A stretch of 64,000 nt of DNA from Takakia lepidozioides (GCA_030704615.1 CM060731.1:43400001-43464000); one strand, 5' to 3'; positions 26,301-39,667 are shown, counted from the stretch's first letter. Notes: generated from the letters alone by a model not told the origin. A program made the numbers and translations.

Positions 26301-29300
26301 AACATAGGGCAGGTCCGTGAGGATCAATGAACACTTACCTGGCAGCTCAAAGAACACTTACCTATTTGATCCCACTTTTTCATGCATCAGTCGACGTTTC
26401 ATTCCTCTCTTATAAGAATTTGAGTGAACAACCTTGCAGGAGAAAATGCAAAGTGTGGCGGATGAGGTCCCTCAGGGTCAGGGGAAGGAGACCATAGTTG
26501 ATGTTGACGATGAGTTTTATGAAAGCAAAGCCGCTGAGATGCTGGGGGGTCAAAAGGTGAACTCTCAGCTTGTGGTTCAAAGTATGCTTGCTCCTGGTGG
26601 GAGGTGAAGATTCCCTGTGTAGGTTGGTTTCCATGCCCGTCGTTCGTCCACCCCTTGTCAAAGACATTCTCAAGCTGGAGGCCGAGTTTGTTCATGGGTA
26701 TTTGGATGGATCCGCAGTCTTTTACGTTTCTACTAGGGATTCTAGAGGTAACGAGCTCCTTGTGGATGAGTCAATCGTCGACTCCTGGGACCCCATTTGG
26801 AGACAGGTGAACGAATCCTTCGAACTTCTTCTCTCCAGGAAACCTTCCACCCAGGTATTCTCGGGGAAGATGTTTCACGTTTGGGATGGCAACCACCGGT
26901 TGCTTGCATGGATGGCTGTCATTGGGAGGCTGCACTCACAGGAGGAAGAGTGGCATTACTCTGTTCGATCGATGGTGCTTGATTGTGACGACAACATGAT
27001 GGGTCTTCTGACGGCAATGAATGATGTGAACAGGTTGTTTCTCATTGTACATGTTGCACTTCTGGTTCCGTTCTTCCTTGATTCAAGTCCTTGAATTACA
27101 TTCTGAAATTCAGATATCATTCTGCAGAGGGACGGAGACATCGCATGTCAAAACGAGTCTGGTTCACACACTGTATAGGATACAAAGGATCGGGCAGATG
27201 CCCTTGACCAACTTCAAGACCATCCTTTCGGCAGAGATGTATAAGAAATGCGAAAGCTCCAAGACTTCGGAACATGGTACTCGTTGACCCGTGAGGCTTT
27301 CATGGAGTACATGTACACGGTGAGATACATCTTCCTTCATCTGGCCTTTCCATATTCCTGCTTCCACATGTTTGTTTCTGTCTGTCTCCCTTGACCTTGG
27401 ATTGATGCAACTCTCTTGCATTCCCTTGCAGCAAGACATTGCATGCAGGGGAGCGTGGCAAACTGGAATACTATAGCTCTACCCCTGAGGAGAGAAGGAC
27501 AGCAAGGGGGTTGAAAGTCACATCCAGAAGGAGATGAACGCTACAAGAAGGACAATAATGAGTGCTTTTGTGAAGCAGTTGAGAATGGCCGACCCATCAT
27601 TCGGGCCGCAGTTTCTCCTGGAGATAAAAAACCATTATAACAAGCCAGGCAAGCCGGAGATGGCCCAGGAGAAGTTGCACAGGTTGTCTACCGCCGTCGT
27701 GTCTTCTGAACAGAAGGTGAAGTGGCTACAGATATGGAACTCCGATCCCACAGTTAGGGATACCCACATGTTCCCAAGGCCAGAGAAAGAGAAGAAGACC
27801 CAGCGTGTCGTTCCTGTCAGTGACAATGTGCTGGACAACTGGCTTCACAAGGCCACTTACTGGAGCCAGGTGTGATGTCCTCTCGTATCTCACTTTCTTT
27901 TCTCTTTTCCTGTCCTTCTCTTCCCATTGCCTCTTACATTCGCTGTGACTGTTTTTGGGTTCATTCTTCCATTTCAATTGTTTTGCAGTTGGAAGAAAGG
28001 GCCCGATCGGTTCTGCATACTCAGCTGGCTGACTATGGCATCACTATGACAGCTCCGAAGGTCTCCTTCGAAGCTTACATGAGGAAATGGAGAGCCACAG
28101 TGTGGCACTCTGGTTTCTTTAGAGAGTTCAGCAAGGAGGGTGGCATCAGTCGAACAAATGAGCTTGACCAGCAGGAAAAAGGAGAGGAAGCCTGGAAACG
28201 ATGCCTTTACAGGTGCACACCCTTGCACTCTTTACTTGTGTTGTGGTTGCAATGTGTTGTGTGGCATACTGTTTAAGGGGGTCTTCCTGGTGTGTTGAAA
28301 AAGCTGGGACACAATATGTGCACTGGAAAATGAGGCTGTGTCTGTTCCTGCAGGTACATTAGGTTTTTCTCTTGGAAGAGAATTGCTTGGACAAACATCC
28401 AGATTTCGTGGACCTTTGGCTTGTCCCTGCTGGCAACCAGACCATGTTCACTGCTGGGATCTTGCATGACTGGGGCCCAGACCATCTTTCTTCTTGTGGT
28501 TGGTATTTGGATTGCCCTCCTTCAGAGACCCCAGCTGTAGAGTTGTCTTTGAGGAGAGAGAATGACCGTATTGCAGCCACTGCCGCAGCAGCGGACCTCG
28601 ACATTCATGAGCGTAATCTGAGGACTCTTGCAGAGAAGGAGCCTCCCGCTCAGGATACCCCGGGTAGAGGAAGAAAGGCAAAGGGAAAAGATGTTGCTGG
28701 TGTTGTGGGGAAGGGAAGGGTAGAGGGAAGGTGGCACAAGGGCAGGGAAGTGTTGCAGCTATTGGCCCTGTGGAGCATGTCCAGCAGACTCCACCGCATG
28801 GTAGGGGATCCGGAGAAACAAGGGGGTGGTTGATCCCAAGGACCCGTACCATGCAGTGGAACATCCCACGAGGGTCATTCGTCCAACCAGGTTGGAGATT
28901 GCCAACGTCGGGTTCCTTGCCATGATGGAGTCGAAGAAATCTGATTACAAGGGCGAGCCATCACCAGTGTGGGAGAGGATTGTCGAGTTCCTCAGCACGG
29001 TGCGTGTTCTCTTTGGGTTCTGTGGCTTCTGCTCTCTTTGTCTGCTGTGGGCATGGATCGTTTATAAACTTGTCAGAATTCCATTGTATTTTTGTCTGTA
29101 GGCTAAAATGACCAAATCGTGGGTGAACGGGAAGGAGAAGCCATATGCAGCGGAACTCATCATCTTGGACATCCCTGATGGGTTGGTAGTCCCGGATATC
29201 CCTCCATCAGGTGCTTGTCCGGGTTGGAATGCATTTGATGGGGGGTGCTATTCCGTGAGCCTGGAGGCGTGAGCCTGTGAGCCCAGGAAAGCGTGAGCCC

Positions 29301-30026
29301 AGCACAGGCTCACGCCACGTCAGCATGCAAACAGTGCCTATTTCCGCGGATGTCACCTATTTCCGAGTGGGGTCACCTATTTCCGCGGGTTGATGTGGGG
29401 AGAATTGAGAATTGAGAACAAAGTGGTTTGTTTGTTTTTGCAATGTACTCAAGTCTGTGAGGTCCACAAAACAACAAATATATTGAAGGAACAATCCGGG
29501 CAGTCCATGCAACCCCCATCTCCAACAATAGTTTGGAACCATGAATGTGAATTCCATGCACACATTGCAAAGAGGACAATAAGGACACACAACCATCCCA
29601 TTTCAAATTTGTCCCAGAATTAAACCAAAAGAATACTTCATATCAAGTGTCGCAGTCATCACAATCAATGTCCACCTCCTGTGCTATGTCATCTACAAAG
29701 ATTCTGGCCCCAACACCACGTGTTCTACGAAGGCCATCGCAAGGTGGACTCTGAGTGCCATGAACGGACATGCTTGCTGCGAGTGCCTCCGCATAGACAG
29801 GTAGCACACAAGACCGAGGAGGACTGAAAACAAGTCCAAATAGGTGTGATAGCCCAGGAGGGCAAGTGGAAGCACGCGGACTCCTACACATGTCCACAAA
29901 ATTCCATTTTTAACACAATGATGCAATGCACAAGTCCAACGAAGAGGATGTCTCCCATTTGCACTTTGCCTCAAGAACAGCGATTCTCGATAATGAAACA
30001 ACAATGCAAGCATGCACAGGTTCAAC

Positions 30027-33000
30027 TTACTCACAGGCAAAGTCGGAGTCCAGCTCCTTGTCAGAAGTCTCCTCTGTACCAGTATCAGCGGGACGGGGCT
30101 TCGGAAGGACCTGAGAAGTGTGTCCACCCAAACCCATCAGGAGGTTCTTGTAAATCTCAGCATCCCCTTCAATCCCAAAGACATGTCGCGCACTGGCCTT
30201 GCAAGCGTGGTACGAAGCACCTGCAGTGGAATAGAATGAAGTAAGCAGACATTGAAGACACATTCGGAACGGTGGAAAGTGCTGAAAGTGCAAGCTCAAT
30301 CAAACCTCATGAAATGTGAATGTTGAAGGGACGAACCTGTGCCCATCGACAAATCCAGAACTCTGGCGTCTGTGTAGGTGCAGCACTCCACAATCGTTTG
30401 AATGAAAGCCGGGCTCCTCTCCCTCGCCCCTCTCCAAGGAACCCCATTCCCCCTTCGCAAGCACACGTTGCTGTCGACGTAGTTGTGATGCATGTCATCC
30501 GTGGGAGGATCTGTCCTGTCATCTATGAACTTGCCCCCGTGAGTGATGGCAAACTCCGTAATGCCGGCCGGAGTCGTTGGTGGATGCACCCGGACGAGAC
30601 AAACAGCTTCAAACAGACGAGTCTGCGAACATGACATCCAGAAGGAACTAAGAACCAAAATAAAATCGGGCCCCTACATATGAGTTTGAGCGACCTACAC
30701 AACACAATCCCAGAACAAAAAAGAAGAGGAAGAAGAAGGGAAACTCACCATCTCTCCCGGACGATCCCCCTTCGTAAGGTACATGCTGTTCACACAATTC
30801 CATGTCTTCAGGACTCTCATGCCCGAGGCTTTCAAATAGCTGGCAAGGGCACGGCGACACCGAACATCGATGGACTGGATGAGAACCAAAACACCTGCAT
30901 CGGAAAGGAAGAAGTTGCAAAAGGAAAAAACCCACCGCCAGTAGCGCTCATCAAATGCATTCCAACCCGGACAAGCACCCGATGGTGGGATATCCGGGAC
31001 TGCCAACCCATCAGGGATGTCCAAGATGATGAGTTCCGCTGCATATGGCTTCTCCTTCCCGTTCACCCACGATTTGGTCATTTTAGCCTGCAAACAAAAA
31101 TACAATGGAATTCTGACAAGTTTATAAACGATCCATGCCCACAGCAGACAAAGAGAGCAGAAGCCACAGAACCCAAAGAGAACACGCACCGTGCTGAGGA
31201 ACTCGACAATCCTCTCCCACACTGGTGATGGCTCGCCCTTGTAATCAGATTTCTTCGACTCCATCATGGCAAGGAACCCGACGTTGGCAATCTCCAACCT
31301 GGTTGGACGAATGACCCTCGTGGGATGTTCCACTGCATGGTACGGGTCCTTGGGATCAACCACACCCTTGTTTTTTCTCCCGGATCCCCTACCATGCGGT
31401 GGAGTCTGCTGGACATGCTCCACAGGGCCAATAGCTGCAACACTTCCCTGCCCTTGTGCCACCTTCCCTCTACCCCTTCCCGTCCCCACAACACCAGCAA
31501 CATCTTTTCCCTTTGCCTTTCTTCCTCTACCCGGGGTATCCTGAGCGGGAGGCTCCTTCTCTGCAAGAGTCCTCAGATTACGCTCATGAATGTCGAGGTC
31601 CGCTGCTGCGGCAGTGGCTGCAATACGGTCATTCTCTCTCCTCAAAGACAACTCTACAGCTGGGGTCTCTGAAGGAGGGCAATCCAAATACCAACCACAA
31701 GAAGAAAGATGGTCCGGACCCCAGTCATGCAAGATCCCAGCAGTGAACATGGTCTGGTTGCCAGCAGGGACAAGCCAAAGGTCCACGAAATCTGGATGTT
31801 TGTCCAAGCAATTCTCTTCCAGGAGAACAAACTTAATGTACCTGCACGAACAGACACAGCCTCATTATCCAATGCACATATTGTGTCCCAGCTTTTTCAA
31901 CACACCAGGAAGACCCCCTTAAACAGTATGCCACACAACACATTGCAACCACAACACAAGCAAAGAGTGCAAGGGTGTGCACCTGTAAAGGCATCGTTTC
32001 CAGGCTTCCTCTCCTTTTTCCTGCTGGTCAAGCTCATTTGTTCGACTGATGCCACCCTCCTTGCTGAACTCTCTAAAGAAACCAGAGTGCCACACTGTGG
32101 CTCTCCATTTCCTCATGTATGCTTCGAAGGAGACCTTCGGAGCTGTCATAGTGATGCCATAGTCAGCCAGCTGAGTATGCAGAACCGATCGGGCCCTTTC
32201 TTCCAACTGCAAAAAAATTGAAATGGAAGAATGAACCCAAAAACAGTCACAGCGAATGTAAGAGGCAATGGGAAGAGAAGGACAGGAAAAGAGAAAAGAA
32301 AGTGAGATACGAGAGGACATCACACCTGGCTCCAGTAAGTGGCCTTGTGAAGCCAGTTGTCCAGCACATTGTCACTGACAGGAACGACACGCTGGGTCTT
32401 CTTCTCCTTCTCTGGCCTTGGGAACATGTGGGTATCCCTAACTGTGGGATCGGAGTTCCATATCTGCAGCCACTTCACCTTCTGTTCAGAAGACACGACG
32501 GCGGTAGACAACCTGTGCAACTTCTCCTGGGCCATCTCCGGCTTGCCTGGCTTGTTATAATGGTTTTTTATCTCCAGCAGAAACTGCGGCCCGAATGATG
32601 GGTCGGCCATTCTCAACTGCTTCACAAAAGCACTCATTATTGTCCTTCTTGTAGCGTTCATCTCCTTCTGGATGTGACTTTCAACTCCCTTTGCTGTCCT
32701 TCTCTCCTCAGGGGTAGAGCTGTAGTATTCCAGTTTGCCACGCTCCCCTGCATCTGCAAGGGAATGCAAGAGAGTTGCATCAATCCAAGGTCAAGGGAGA
32801 CAGAGAGAAACAAACATGTGGAAGCAGGAATATGGAAAGGCCAGATGAAGGAAGATGTATCTCACCGTGTACATGTACTCCATGAAAGCCTCACGGGTCA
32901 ACGAGTACCATGTTTCCGAAGTCTTGGAGCTTTCGCATTTCTTATACATCTCTGCCGAAAGGATGGTCTTGAAGTTGGTCAAGGGCATCTGCCCGATCCT

Positions 33001-36000
33001 TTGTATCCTATACAGTGTGTGAACCAGACTCGTTTTGACATGCGATGTCTCCGTCCCTCTGCAGAATGATATCTGAATTTCAGAATGTAATTCAAGGACT
33101 TCAATCAAGGAAGAACGGAACCAGAAGTGCAACGTGTACAATGAGAAACCAACCTGTTCACATCATTCATTGCCGTCAGAAGACCCATCATGTTGTCGTC
33201 ACAATCAAGCACCATCGATCGAACAGAGTAATGCCACTCTTCCTCCTGTGAGTGCAGCCTCCCAATGACAGCCATCCATGCAAGCAACCGGTGGTTGCCA
33301 TCCCAAACGTGAAACATCTTCCCCGAGAATACCTGGGTGGAAGGTTTTCTGGAGAGAAGAAGTTCGAAGGATTCGTTCACCTGTCTCCAAATGGGGTCCC
33401 AGGAGTCGACGATTGACTCATCAACAAGGAGCTCGTTACCTCTTGAATCCCTAGTAGAAACGTAAAAGACCGCGGATCCATCCAAATACCCATGAACAAA
33501 CTCGGCCTCCAGCTTGAGAATGTCTTTGACAAGGGGTGGACGAACGACGGGCATGGAAACCAACCTACACAGGGGAATCTTCAACCTCCCACCAGGAGCA
33601 AGCATACTTTGAACCACAAGCTGAGAGTTCACCTTTTGACCCCCCAGCATCTCAGCGGCTTTGCTTTCATAAAACTCATCGTCAACATCATCTTTGGTCT
33701 CCTTCCCCTGACCCTGAGGGACCTCATCCGCCACACTTTGCATTTTCCCCTGCAAGGTTGTTCACTCAAATTCTTATAAGAGAGGAATGAAACGTCGACC
33801 GATGCATGAAAAAGTGGGATAAAAAGGGAAGTGTTCTTTGAGCTGCCAGATAAGTGTTCATTGATCCTCACGGACATGCACTATGTTCCCGATTTACACA
33901 GGGAAAGAACATTGAAAAGTTCTGCTCAAATATCTGCCCATGAGGGCCGAAAGTTGCGCCCTTCCATATTCATATGTTCTGCCTACACAGTGTGCGGTTC
34001 CGCAGACTGTTTGAGCTGACAGTGAAGGGTTCATTTTATACTCAAAAATGTGCCCATGAAGTCCAAATTTTGCACCCAGAAACATTGAAATGCTCAGCTC
34101 AAACAGTGTGCGTTGCCGCACACTGTCTGGGCTGGCAGTGAAGGGTTCATTTCACCCTCACACGGTGCCCATGAAGTCCAAATTTTGCACCCAGAAACAT
34201 TGAAATGCTCAGCTCAAACAGTGTGCGTTGCCGCACACTGTCTGAGCTGGCAGTGAAGGGTTCATTTCACACTCACACAGGTGCCCCTGAAGTCCAATTT
34301 TGCATCCAGAAACATTGAAATGCTCAGCTCAAACAGTGTGCGTTGCCGCACACTGTCTGAGCTGGCAGTGAAGGGTTCATTTCACACTCACACAGGTGCC
34401 CCTGAAGTCCAAATTTTGCATCCAGAAACATTGAAATGCTCAGCTCAAACAGTGTGCGTTGCCGCACACTGTCTGAGCTGGCAGTGAAGGGTTCATTTCA
34501 CACTCACACAGGTGCCCCTGAAGTCCAATTTTTGCACCCAGAAACATTGAAATGCTCAGCTCAAACAGTGTGCGTTGCCGCACACTGTCTGAGCTGGCAG
34601 TGAAGGGTTCTTTTCACACTCACACAGGTGCCCCTGAAGTCCAAATATTTCACCCAGAAACATTGAAATGCTCAGCTCAAACAGTGTGCGTTGCCGCACA
34701 CTGTCTGAGCTGGCAGTGAAGGGTTCATTTCACACTCACACAGGTGCCCCTGAAGTCCAATTTTGCACCCAGAAACATTGAAATGCTCAGCTCAAACAGT
34801 GTGCGTTGCCGCACACTGTCTGAGCTGGCAGTGAAGGGTTCTTTTCACACTCACACAGGTGCCCCTGAAGTCCAAATATTTCACCCAGAAACATTGAAAT
34901 GCTCAGCTCAAACAGTGTGCGTTGCCGCACACTGTCTGAGCTGGCAGTGAAGGGTTCTTTTCACACTCACACAGGTGCCCCTGAAGTCCAAATATTTCAC
35001 CCAGAAACATTGAAATGCTCAGCTCAAACAGTGTGCGTTGCCGCACACTGTCTGAGCTGGCAGTGAAGGGTTCATTTCACACTCACACAGGTGCCCCTGA
35101 AGTCCAAATATTTCACCCAGAAACATTGAAATGCTCAGCTCAAACAGTGTGCGTTGCCGCACACTGTCTGAGCTGGCAGTGAAGGGTTCATTTCACACTC
35201 ACACAGGTGCCCCTGAAGTCCAATTTTGCACCCAGAAACATTGAAATGCTCAGCTCAAACAGTGTGCGTTGCCGCACACTGTCTGGCTGGCAGTGAAGGG
35301 TTCTTTTCACACTCACACAGGTGCCCCTGAAGTCCAAATATTTCACCCAGAAACATTGAAATGCTCAGCTCAAACAGTGTGCGTTGCCGCACACTGTCTG
35401 AGCTGGCAGTGAAGGGTTCTTTTCACACTCACACAGGTGCCCCTGAAGTCCAAATATTTCACCCAGAAACATTGAAATGCTCAGCTCAAACAGTGTGCGT
35501 TGCCGCACACTGTCTGAGCTGGCAGTGAAGGGTTCATTTCACACTCACACAGGTGCCCCTGAAGTCCAAATATTTCACCCAGAAACATTGAAATGCTCAG
35601 CTCAAACAGTGTGCGTTGCCGCACACTGTCTGAGCTGGCAGTGAAGGGTTCATTTCACACTCACACAGGTGCCCCTGAAGTCCAATTTTGCACCCAGAAA
35701 CATTGAAATGCTCAGCTCAAACAGTGTGCGTTGCCGCACACTGTCTGGGCTGGCAGTGAAGGGTTCTTTTCACACTCACACAGGTGCCCCTGAAGTCCAA
35801 ATATTTCACCCAGAAACATTGAAATGCTCAGCTCAAACAGTGTGCGTTGCCGCACACTGTCTGAGCTGGCAGTGAAGGGTTCATTTCACACTCACACAGG
35901 TGCCCCTGAAGTCCAATTTTTGCATCCAGAAACATTGAAATGCTCAGCTCAAACAGTGTGCGTTGCCGCACACTGTCTGGCTGGCAGTGAAGGGTTCTTT

Positions 36001-39000
36001 TCACACTCACACAGGTGCCCCTGAAGTCCAAATATTTCACCCAGAAACATTGAAATGCTCAGCTCAAACAGTGTGCGTTGCCGCACACTGTCTGAGCTGG
36101 CAGTGAAGGGTTCTTTTCACACTCACACAGGTGCCCCTGAAGTCCAAATATTTCACCCAGAAACATTGAAATGCTCAGCTCAAACAGTGTGCGTTGCCGC
36201 ACACTGTCTGAGCTGGCAGTGAAGGGTTCATTTCACACTCACACAGGTGCCCCTGAAGTCCAAATATTTCACCCAGAAACATTGAAATGCTCAGCTCAAA
36301 CAGTGTGCGTTGCCGCACACTGTCTGAGCTGGCAGTGAAGGGTTCTTTTCACACTCACACAGGTGCCCCTGAAGTCCAAATATTTCACCCAGAAACATTG
36401 AAATGCTCAGCTCAAACAGTGTGCGTTGCCGCACACTGTCTGAGCTGGCAGTGAAGGGTTCTTTTCACACTCACACAGGTGCCCCTGAAGTCCAAATTTT
36501 GCATCCAGAAACATTGAAATGCTCAGCTCAAACAGTGTGCGTTGCCGCACACTGTCTGAGCTGGCAGTGAAGGGTTCATTTCACACTCACACAGGTGCCC
36601 CTGAAGTCCAAATTTTGCACCCAGAAACATTGAAATGCTCAGCTCAAACAGTGTGCGTTGCCGCACACTGTCTGAGCTGGCAGTGAAGGGTTCTTTTCAC
36701 ACTCACACAGGTGCCCCTGAAGTCCAAATATTTCACCCAGAAACATTGAAATGCTCAGCTCAAACAGTGTGCGTTGCCGCACACTGTCTGAGCTGGCAGT
36801 GAAGGGTTCTTTTCACACTCACACAGGTGCCCCTGAAGTCCAAATTTTGCACCAGAAACATTGAAATGCTCAGCTCAAACAGTGTGCGTTGCCGCACACT
36901 GTCTGAGCTGGCAGTGAAGGGTTCATTTCACACTCACACAGGTGCCCCTGAAGTCCAAATTTTGCACCCAGAAACATTGAAATGCTCAGCTCAAACAGTG
37001 TGCGTTGCCGCACACTGTCTGGGCTGGCAGTGAAGGGTTCTTTTCACACTCACACAGGTGCCCCTGAAGTCCAAATATTTCACCCAGAAACATTGAAATG
37101 CTCAGCTCAAACAGTGTGCGTTGCCGCACACTGTCTGAGCTGGCAGTGAAGGGTTCATTTCACACTCACACAGGTGCCCCTGAAGTCCAAATTTTGCACC
37201 CAGAAACATTGAAATGCTCAGCTCAAACAGTGTGCGTTGCCGCACACTGTCTGGCTGGCAGTGAAGGGTTCTTTTCACACTCACACAGGTGCCCCTGAAG
37301 TCCAAATATTTCACCCAGAAACATTGAAATGCTCAGCTCAAACAGTGTGCGTTGCCGCACACTGTCTGAGCTGGCAGTGAAGGGTTCTTTTCACACTCAC
37401 ACAGGTGCCCCTGAAGTCCAAATTTTCACCCAGAAACATTGAAATGCTCAGCTCAAACAGTGTGCGTTGCCGCACACTGTCTGAGCTGGCAGTGAAGGGT
37501 TCATTTCACACTCACACAGGTGCCCCTGAAGTCCAAATATTTCACCCAGAAACATTGAAATGCTCAGCTCAAACAGTGTGCGTTGCCGCACACTGTCTGA
37601 GCTGGCAGTGAAGGGTTCTTTTCACACTCACACAGGTGCCCCTGAAGTCCAAATATTTCACCCAGAAACATTGAAATGCTCAGCTCAAACAGTGTGCGTT
37701 GCCGCACACTGTCTGAGCTGGCAGTGAAGGGTTCTTTTCACACTCACACAGGTGCCCCTGAAGTCCAAATATTTCACCCAGAAACATTGAAATGCTCAGC
37801 TCAAACAGTGTGCGTTGCCGCACACTGTCTGAGCTGGCAGTGAAGGGTTCTTTTCACACTCACACAGGTGCCCCTGAAGTCCAAATTTTGCATCCAGAAA
37901 CATTGAAATGCTCAGCTCAAACAGTGTGCGTTGCCGCACACTGTCTGAGCTGGCAGTGAAGGGTTCATTTCACACTCACACAGGTGCCCCTGAAGTCCAA
38001 ATTTTGCACCCAGAAACATTGAAATGCTCAGCTCAAACAGTGTGCGTTGCCGCACACTGTCTGGGCTGGCAGTGAAGGGTTCTTTTCACACTCACACAGG
38101 TGCCCCTGAAGTCCAAATATTTCACCCAGAAACATTGAAATGCTCAGCTCAAACAGTGTGCGTTGCCGCACACTGTCTGAGCTGGCAGTGAAGGGTTCTT
38201 TTCACACTCACACAGGTGCCCCTGAAGTCCAAATTTTGCATCCAGAAACATTGAAATGCTCAGCTCAAACAGTGTGCGTTGCCGCACACTGTCTGAGCTG
38301 GCAGTGAAGGGTTCATTTCACACTCACACAGGTGCCCCTGAAGTCCAAATTTTGCACCCAGAAACATTGAAATGCTCAGCTCAAACAGTGTGCGTTGCCG
38401 CACACTGTCTGGGCTGGCAGTGAAGGGTTCTTTTCACACTCACACAGGTGCCCCTGAAGTCCAAATATTTCACCCAGAAACATTGAAATGCTCAGCTCAA
38501 ACAGTGTGCGTTGCCGCACACTGTCTGAGCTGGCAGTGAAGGGTTCATTTCACACTCACACAGGTGCCCCTGAAGTCCAAATTTTGCACCCAGAAACATT
38601 GAAATGCTCAGCTCAAACAGTGTGCGTTGCCGCACACTGTCTGGCTGGCAGTGAAGGGTTCTTTTCACACTCACACAGGTGCCCCTGAAGTCCAAATATT
38701 TCACCCAGAAACATTGAAATGCTCAGCTCAAACAGTGTGCGTTGCCGCACACTGTCTGAGCTGGCAGTGAAGGGTTCATTTCACACTAACATAACAGACA
38801 TCAAGACCAAATTTTGAACCCTAAAACATTGAAAAGGTCTGCTCAAACATTGTGCGTTGCCGCACGCTGTTTGAGCTGGTTTTGAAGGGTTCATTTCAAC
38901 CTCAGATAACAGACAGCAAAGACCAAATTTTGCACCCAGAAACACCGAAATGCCCAGCTCAAACAGTGTGCGTTGCCGCACACTGTCTGAGCTGGCAGTG

Positions 39001-39667
39001 AAGGGTTCATTTCACACTCACACAGGTGCCCCTGAAGTCCAAATTTTGCACCCATAAACATTGAAATGCTCAGCTCAAACAGTGTGCGTTGCCGCACACT
39101 GTCTGGGCTGGCAGTGAAGGGTTCTTTTCACACTCACACAGGTGCCCCTGAAGTCCAAATTTTGCACCCAGAAACATTGAAATGCTCAGCTCAAACAGTG
39201 TGCGTTGCCGCACACTGTCTGGGCTGGCAGTGAAGGGTTCGTTTCACCCTCACATAAACAGACATCAGACAAATTTTGCAAGACCAATGGTTCTTTCTTT
39301 CACAAATACCTGCCATTCAAAGCCGAATTCTTCACAAATATGGGTCGTGTGGATTTTACCTTTTTCGTAGCTACTCGAGAAGACTCCCCAGTTGCCGGGA
39401 CCTTTCCGCTTGGGGCTGCTCTCTTCGCCGACTATGTAGGTGAGCCTCTCCCCTTCCTCTTTCCCGTGGTCAGATCGTTCGTGAGGCCAGTGTCAACATC
39501 TTCCTCCATGTCGTCTGTCTCTCCCTCAGACGCAGTGTCCTCCTCGCCTGTTCCTGGAACTATGGTGGGTTGTTGTTCTTCTCCAGATTCCTGCTCCTCC
39601 ATCGCCACACTTTCCTGTATTCCCTCTTCTTCCTCCTTTTCCTCTTCTCCACTCTTTCCATCCTCAT
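30027..39667 (-). CDS. M2 ParB/Srx-like plus N6A/N4C-type methyltransferase fusion, 9 predicted exons (39667-39360, 33749-33154, 33058-32866, ~32753-32326, 32206-31983, 31841-31190, 31087-30749, 30622-30337, 30220-30027), ~1,075 aa; small lesions in exons 1 and 4
   Basis: GT-AG introns with compatible phases except at the exon-4 acceptor, where 13 bp appear deleted. ParB-like IPLCRL..VRP..DI.KL and DGNHR. MTase motif IV-like LIILDIPDG precedes motifs X-I-II RERSPAFIQTIVEC...VLDLSMGTGASYHACKASARHVFGIE (beta order). Confidence 0.82.
33980..39270 (-). repeat. Tandem array of the 116-bp hairpin unit in M2, ~45 copies, highly homogenised
   Basis: Reverse complement of the M1 unit (loop reads TTGC on +). 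Lies in predicted intron 33750-39359. Confidence 0.97.

Noticed and set aside
26440-33750. Bacterial or phage contamination suggested by ParB and amino-MTase motifs
   Set aside because: The gene has spliceosomal introns at conserved positions and is embedded in TSD-flanked elements within plant-type retrotransposons.
34281-39370. Repeated short ORFs (MLSSNSVRCRTL..., MPLKS...) in the arrays
   Set aside because: By-products of translating a 116-bp repeat that is not a multiple of 3.
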